DNA of 64,000 nt from positions 3,940-67,939 of the forward strand of contig JAMNYG010000187.1 of assembly GCA_023622945.1 (NCBI GenBank), written 5' to 3'. The DNA comes from Bacillota bacterium (GTDB taxonomy: Bacteria > Bacillota > Clostridia > Acetivibrionales > JAMNYG01). The translations under genes were made by a program, and so were the position numbers. Positions 58,801 to 64,000 of the stretch are shown here, one piece after another. How positions within the stretch are numbered: position 1 is the first letter of the stretch; each line of letters opens with the position of its first letter. The notes under the pieces were generated by a model. That model worked only from the letters and a program-made list of their open reading frames with translations, was not told the DNA's origin and did no database searches.

Positions 58801-60774
58801 ATGAATAACCTTAAAAAGAAAGTTACGGCGCTTATTGTATGCATATCCATGATTGCTTCCCTTCTGGGATCGGCATTGGCGGCGGATGATGATAAACTGA
58901 CCATCTCGTTTAAAATCGGAAGCGAAAAAGCATATGTAAATTTATTTGAGGTAAAGGCTGAACCGCCTCAACTGAAAGGAAATGCTGCCTTTGTTCCGGC
59001 AAAGGTGGTCCTTGAAGCTTTTGGGGCAGAAACCATCTGGAAAGAGCATGGAAAAGTAAACATCATTTACAGAGACTTGGACATAGAATTCAGAATAGGA
59101 AGCACTTATTACACTGTGAACCAGGAGGGCAAAGAGCTTGACGATGCACCGTTTATATCCGGTCAATCCACCATGGTCCCTCTTCAGTTTATAGAAGAAA
59201 ATTTCGATGTTACGGTTGAATTTGACAGCGAAACGGGAAATATAACCATAGTACTGGAAGATGACGGTGCACTTACTGATTTTTCATTCCTTACAAACAG
59301 CATCGGAAAACCAAAGGCTGGCAACAGCTACTTTGGCTGGAGCATCAAGGTCCCCAACGGCTCAAGGCTCGTGGACATATCCTTTAATTCAAAATACACT
59401 TATATATTAAACGAACACAGGGCCATAGGTATCGAAATATCGGTGGATGAAGGAGAAAACAAAAGCCTTGATGTTATCTATGATGAAGCTGTCAGCAACA
59501 CTCAAAAGTTTTTTGACGGCATGCTTATCGATTCAGGCCTGTTTTTGGGTGCACAAATCCCATACGCCGAATTTATTTATTTAAATTTCTACGAAGAATG
59601 GGTGATGCACAGAATTTACACAAACGGGAACAGAGTTTATTCCGTCATTCTCACCCTTTACTACGAAACCGACCCTAACAGAATAAGCAATGACAAATAT
59701 TTAAAAGAAATAATGAATTCATTCAGCCTGGGATATGACGGAGAAGCAAAGGATGTGCAGGACCTTTCAAAAGTGGCTTACGGTTTTGCCAGGTATGAGA
59801 ATTACGTACATTTTGATTATTTGAAAAAGTATTTCAACTGGGAAATTAACGTGATACCGGAATGGAATGTCCTTGCCACGGGAGATAATTATCCCCTGCA
59901 CACAAGACTTGGATTGAATTCAGATGAGTTCATAAGCGTATATGTCAAAAAAATCGATCAATTTGCGGACATTGAATCCTATGGGGAAGACATAGCAAGA
60001 TGGAACGATAAATACCTTAACAAAAAATGCTACAGTCTTTTGGAAAAGGGAAGTACACATGTAGCAGGATACCCTGCATACAAGATTACTTTCCGTCTGA
60101 CACTGAAAGGAAAAAACTATATTGTTGACGATTACTACATCCATCACGGCAACTTTGTATATAATCTGACGCTCAAGGCACCTGAGGAGAAATATGCTTC
60201 TCAGATTGAAACCTACAACAAAATGCTTGACACTTTCAGAATCAACCAGTTGGATGAGAAAAGCCTGGTAAAGGAAGTTGACAGTTACTGGATCAAATAC
60301 GGGAATCAAAGGTTGGGCAAGAATGATGAAACCGTCAAATACCAGAACAAGACGTTTAAATGGAGTGCAGAGTTTCCCGGATACTGGGAGAAATATACAT
60401 ATTCGGATGAAAGCCTTCAGCTTTTTATTCTTCCTGATTCAGGAGTTCAGATAGGTATAGAGGCGCTGGAACTTAATGAGTATATCAGGAAATTTGACTA
60501 TACAGAAAGGTTTTCCCTGGTTGCCCTGCTGATGTATAAGTATGACATGAAGGAAATGGAGAAAAAAACAATTTACGCAAAGGGTACAAATATAACCATG
60601 TACCGGTACAGGATTGACGATGATGAGCAGGAAGCCTTTGCAGACTTAAAATATTATTTTATTGATACCAAGGATAAATCCTACTGCTTTATGATATATT
60701 TGCCGGATTTGTTTTCCTCAGATGCCGTCAGGGATGAAGTGGAAAGAATATGGGATTCCTTTAATGTTTCGTAG
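58801..60774 (+). CDS. secreted protein with a copper-amine-oxidase-N-terminal-like domain and a large uncharacterised C-terminal region
   Basis: Signal peptide (LIVCISMIASLLGSALAADDD), then an N-terminal domain similar to that of the adjacent HtrA (FVPAKVVLEAFGAE...STMVPLQFIEENFDV). I recognise no motif in the remaining ~500 aa. The ATG at 58801 is preferred. Confidence 0.55.
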   Translation: MNNLKKKVTALIVCISMIASLLGSALAADDDKLTISFKIGSEKAYVNLFEVKAEPPQLKGNAAFVPAKVVLEAFGAETIWKEHGKVNIIYRDLDIEFRIGSTYYTVNQEGKELDDAPFISGQSTMVPLQFIEENFDVTVEFDSETGNITIVLEDDGALTDFSFLTNSIGKPKAGNSYFGWSIKVPNGSRLVDISFNSKYTYILNEHRAIGIEISVDEGENKSLDVIYDEAVSNTQKFFDGMLIDSGLFLGAQIPYAEFIYLNFYEEWVMHRIYTNGNRVYSVILTLYYETDPNRISNDKYLKEIMNSFSLGYDGEAKDVQDLSKVAYGFARYENYVHFDYLKKYFNWEINVIPEWNVLATGDNYPLHTRLGLNSDEFISVYVKKIDQFADIESYGEDIARWNDKYLNKKCYSLLEKGSTHVAGYPAYKITFRLTLKGKNYIVDDYYIHHGNFVYNLTLKAPEEKYASQIETYNKMLDTFRINQLDEKSLVKEVDSYWIKYGNQRLGKNDETVKYQNKTFKWSAEFPGYWEKYTYSDESLQLFILPDSGVQIGIEALELNEYIRKFDYTERFSLVALLMYKYDMKEMEKKTIYAKGTNITMYRYRIDDDEQEAFADLKYYFIDTKDKSYCFMIYLPDLFSSDAVRDEVERIWDSFNVS

Positions 60775-60797
60775 GGCTGGAAAGAAGGTATGGCACG

Positions 60798-62084
60798 GTG
60801 GACAGGAAAGAACCTCTTGCATACAGAATGTGTCCCAGGACCTTGGAAGAATTTGTAGGACAGGAAGAAATACTGGGCAAAGGCAAGTTACTATACAGGA
60901 TGATCAAGGCAGACAGGATATCATCCATTATCCTGTACGGACCTCCTGGAACGGGAAAGACGTCAATTGCGAGGGTTATTGCAGAAACTACAAGGGCTAA
61001 TTTTGTAAAGTTGAATGCTGTTACATCCGGGGTATCTGATATACGAAGGATAGTGGAAGATACCCAGAACAGCCTTCTCAATCCCTCGGGCAGGACGGTC
61101 CTGTTTATTGACGAGATCCACAGGTTTAACAAAGCCCAGCAGGACGCTTTGCTCCCCTATGTTGAGGACGGGACCATAATATTGATAGGTGCCACCACCG
61201 AGAACCCATTCTTTGAAGTCAATAAAGCCCTTATATCCCGTTCGAAGGTATTTATGCTGAAACCCCTTTCCGAGGAGCATATAATAAAGATTTTGAAAAA
61301 TGCCATTAACGATAAGGAAAGGGGTTTGGGAAACTATGACCTGGAGGTCTCGGAAGATGCATTGAAATACCTTGCCGCCTTATCCGGCGGTGACGCCAGG
61401 GTGGCGCTTAACACCATTGAACTTGCTGTCATCACTTCAGAAATTGAACCAGACGGCAAAATTCACATCGATGTAAACACAATCGAAGAATGCGTTCAAA
61501 AAAGGCCGATACCCTTTGACAAATCAGGGGATGAGCATTACGACAATATCAGTGCCTTCATAAAATCCATGAGGGGAAGCGATCCTGACGCTGCCGTCTT
61601 TTACCTGGCCCGTGCCCTTTATGCAGGAGAAGACCCTGAATTTCTCGCCCGCAGGATAATTATCTGTGCTTCGGAAGATGTGGGAATGGCAAATCCTAAC
61701 GCTCTTACAGTTGCAGTAGCTGCTGCCGAAGCCGTCAGGATGATAGGAATGCCCGAAGCCAGGATAATATTGGCACATGCAGCAATTATGGTTGCCACCA
61801 GCCCCAAGTCTAATTCCTGCTACGAAGCGGTGAGCAAGGCTTTGCACGACGTTGAGACCAGGTACACGGGAAGCGTTCCCATGCATCTCAGAAATCCTGT
61901 AACCCAGGGTATGAAGGATCTGGGGTATGGAAAAGGGTATAAATATGCTCATGATTATCCCGGGAATTACGTAAAACAGGAATACCTGCCTGATGAAATG
62001 AAAGGCACCGTATACTACAATCCTTCAAATAACGGATATGAAGCAAAAATAAAAGAATGGCTTGAAAGAGTACGTTCTAAGTAG
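60798..62084 (+). CDS. rarA: replication-associated recombination protein A (AAA+ ATPase RarA/MgsA)
   Basis: Walker A GPPGTGKTS, Walker B FIDEIHRFNK, and C-terminal MgsA domain motifs (HYD.ISA..KS.RGSD.DAA.YYLAR). Confidence 0.9.
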   Translation: MDRKEPLAYRMCPRTLEEFVGQEEILGKGKLLYRMIKADRISSIILYGPPGTGKTSIARVIAETTRANFVKLNAVTSGVSDIRRIVEDTQNSLLNPSGRTVLFIDEIHRFNKAQQDALLPYVEDGTIILIGATTENPFFEVNKALISRSKVFMLKPLSEEHIIKILKNAINDKERGLGNYDLEVSEDALKYLAALSGGDARVALNTIELAVITSEIEPDGKIHIDVNTIEECVQKRPIPFDKSGDEHYDNISAFIKSMRGSDPDAAVFYLARALYAGEDPEFLARRIIICASEDVGMANPNALTVAVAAAEAVRMIGMPEARIILAHAAIMVATSPKSNSCYEAVSKALHDVETRYTGSVPMHLRNPVTQGMKDLGYGKGYKYAHDYPGNYVKQEYLPDEMKGTVYYNPSNNGYEAKIKEWLERVRSK

Positions 62085-62102
62085 TTTCGGAAAGGAGCAA
62101 AT

Positions 62103-62267
62103 ATGGGAAAACGAATTCTTGCATGGATTTTTCTTGCAGGTTTTCTTCTGCTTTTGATAAATCTTCTCATCTTCCGGTGGCAGCCCATCCTGAGTCTGGG
62201 AATATACATACTGATAGTAATCCCTTATATTTTCTTAGGAACCGGGAAGAAAAGCCATAAGGAATGA
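62103..62267 (+). CDS. possible small two-TM membrane protein (54 aa)
   Basis: Below the ORF-track cutoff. A strong RBS AAAGGAG lies 7 nt upstream of the ATG at 62103. Translation: MGKRILAWIFLAGFLLLLINLLIFRWQPILSLGIYILIVIPYIFLGTGKKSHKE. Confidence 0.4.
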   Translation: MGKRILAWIFLAGFLLLLINLLIFRWQPILSLGIYILIVIPYIFLGTGKKSHKE

Positions 62268-62371
62268 CAGGTCTGTATTTACACAAAAAGAAAAATATAA
62301 TATTATTTTGTTGAAAAAAACAGCTTTATTTCTGATTTTGTCTGTAATTGGAGTAATGGAGGCTGCACTAA

Positions 62372-63448
62372 ATGCGATTTGTACCTGTAAACTGTATAAA
62401 GGAAGGAATGATCCTGGCACAGGATTTATTTAACGCAAACGGCGATTTTCTTCTCAGAAAAGGGGCCAAACTTCACTCTTCATATATCCAAAGACTGAAT
62501 GACCTGGGTTTAGTAGGAGTATATGTGGATGATGATCTTTCCAGCGAAATAGATATTCCTTCCCTTATAAGCGAAGACTTAAAGATAAGGACCGTTTCGA
62601 CGATCAAGGGGATTTTTGTAAACCTGGAAGAAGGATCCGGCCTCACCGAAAAAAATTTCAATGACGTAACAAAACTGGTGGATGAAATAGTTGACGAGAT
62701 CATCGCTTCCCGTGAACTGGTAGTGAATATGATAGATCTGAAAGTATTTGATGACTATACTTTTTACCATTCTGTCAATGTTACCGTTCTTTCACTGGTT
62801 GTAGGTGTTGCGTTAAGTCTTAACAAAACACAGCTTTACAAACTGGGGCTTGCAGCCCTTCTTCACGATATCGGAAAGGTGTTCATTCCAAAAAAGCTGC
62901 TCAATAAACCTTCAAAACTTGAAAAAGAGGAGTATGAGCTGATAAAAACCCATCCGTATAAGGGATATAAATACCTCAAAGAGAAATTTGATATGCCGGT
63001 AGTTACATACATAGGAATCTTGCAGCACCATGAGCGGTTTGACGGAGAAGGTTATCCATATAATATTGCAGGCCACAAAATATCGTTATTCGGCAGGATA
63101 ATTTCCATCTCCGACGTTTATGATGCCCTTACATCCAAAAGACCATATCGGGAAGCATTAAGTCCCTCGGAGGCGGTTGAATATATTATGGCAGGGAGCG
63201 GCACCCTGTTTGATCCTGATCTGGTTTCCAATTTCCTGAAAAAGGTGTCTCCCTATCCTGTTGGCTCATGCGTACTGCTCAGCAACAATAAAGTGGGGAT
63301 TGTTTCCAAGAATTATCCTGATGCCTGCTTAAGACCACAGCTTAAAATAATCATGCACGGCAATGAGGCTGTAAAGCCTTACTACATGGATATGAAAAAC
63401 GACAAGAACACGTATGATGTCACCATCATCGGGATAGCAAATGTTTAG
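62372..63448 (+). CDS. HD-GYP domain c-di-GMP phosphodiesterase-like protein
   Basis: HD motif LLHDIGK and HHERFDGEGYP (HD-GYP signature). The N-terminal ~130-aa domain has unknown function. Confidence 0.85.
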   Translation: MRFVPVNCIKEGMILAQDLFNANGDFLLRKGAKLHSSYIQRLNDLGLVGVYVDDDLSSEIDIPSLISEDLKIRTVSTIKGIFVNLEEGSGLTEKNFNDVTKLVDEIVDEIIASRELVVNMIDLKVFDDYTFYHSVNVTVLSLVVGVALSLNKTQLYKLGLAALLHDIGKVFIPKKLLNKPSKLEKEEYELIKTHPYKGYKYLKEKFDMPVVTYIGILQHHERFDGEGYPYNIAGHKISLFGRIISISDVYDALTSKRPYREALSPSEAVEYIMAGSGTLFDPDLVSNFLKKVSPYPVGSCVLLSNNKVGIVSKNYPDACLRPQLKIIMHGNEAVKPYYMDMKNDKNTYDVTIIGIANV

Positions 63449-63463
63449 GAAGGGAGAAATAAG

Positions 63464-63865
63464 ATGTTTGACGGTTTTTTTCATCCATTCAATATGATTT
63501 TCGGCATATTTCCTGTGCTTTTTGTTCTAACCTTTGTATTGATACTGGGAACGGTTATATTCAACACGATAAACAGTGCCCGCGCCTGGAACTATAATAA
63601 CAGGCAGCCCGTTTTGACGGTTCCCGCAAAAGTTATTGCAAAGAGGTCCCATATATCATCAAGGAATTTTCGCCACAGCCATGATCACAATCACTACCAT
63701 GATTATACCAGGTATTATGTGACCTTTGAAGTTGAGAGCGGCGACAGGATGGAGCTGCAAATGGACGGCAGGGATTACGGACTTTTGGTTGAAGGGGATG
63801 TCGGCAGACTGACATTTCAGGGAACAAGGTATATCAGGTTTGAAAGAACCGGTTCTTCCTTCTGA
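63464..63865 (+). CDS. DUF2500-like single-TM protein
   Basis: An N-terminal TM helix followed by a small beta domain (VTFEVESGDRMELQMDGRDYGLLVEGDVGRLTFQGTRYIRF). The family assignment is from memory. Confidence 0.55.
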   Translation: MFDGFFHPFNMIFGIFPVLFVLTFVLILGTVIFNTINSARAWNYNNRQPVLTVPAKVIAKRSHISSRNFRHSHDHNHYHDYTRYYVTFEVESGDRMELQMDGRDYGLLVEGDVGRLTFQGTRYIRFERTGSSF

Positions 63866-63893
63866 CGGCACCCGTTGCCGGAAAAAGTATATT

Positions 63894-63941
63894 AATACCA
63901 CTTGTCGCAAATAATTAATTCAGCGGAAGTGGTATTTTTTA
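63894..63941 (+). terminator. rho-independent terminator
   Basis: AATACCACTT-23 nt-AAGTGGTATTTTTT. Confidence 0.7.
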
Positions 63942-64000
63942 TTGTTAAATTTTCATACAGAACGATATAAGTATCTTGACAATAGTTCTGATTAGTGTTA

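Overview
This is a Firmicutes/Clostridia-type chromosomal core region with about 55 protein genes, roughly 90% of them on the + strand. Gene order, left to right: partial acyl-CoA dehydrogenase (-); rimO-pgsA; fapR-plsX-fabH-fabD-fabG-acpP; rnc, radical-SAM gene, smc, ftsY; ylxM-ffh-rpsP-KH-rimM-trmD. Next comes a LacI/ThuA-like/Gfo-Idh-MocA/sugar-phosphate-isomerase cassette, then lspA-rluD and a GH114-like membrane protein (-). A PyrR-attenuated pyrR-pyrB-pyrC-pyrF-pyrK-pyrD operon follows, ending in a histidine phosphatase and a long, divergent PyrE-like PRTase. After that: PFOR; a small DUF3787-like gene (-) missing from the ORF track; miaB, a ymcA/ricA-like gene, mutS-mutL-miaA-hfq. A divergent lexA / yneA-like LysM SOS module carries three LexA boxes and is followed by a degenerate PilZ protein and a 9-Cys small protein. 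The rest is an SLH+GH18-like / TMTC-like GT-C+TPR two-gene unit (-); nifS-thiI; VanW; an AIR-synthase-like gene; HtrA; a Cu-amine-oxidase-N-domain protein; rarA; HD-GYP; DUF2500. I saw no rRNA, tRNA, CRISPR, IS element, integrase or prophage. The most unusual signal is at the DNA level. Nearly every intergenic spacer over ~100 bp holds its own private, degenerate tandem-repeat array, with units of 13 to 65 nt. In several cases the first or last unit is the 3' end (stop codon included) or the RBS region of the flanking gene. The best candidates for undescribed biology are this repeat phenomenon, the SLH-GH18/TMTC-like putative envelope glycosylation unit, and the atypical PyrE-like/phosphatase tail of the pyr operon. 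All calls come from reading the sequence and translations by eye; no database search was run.
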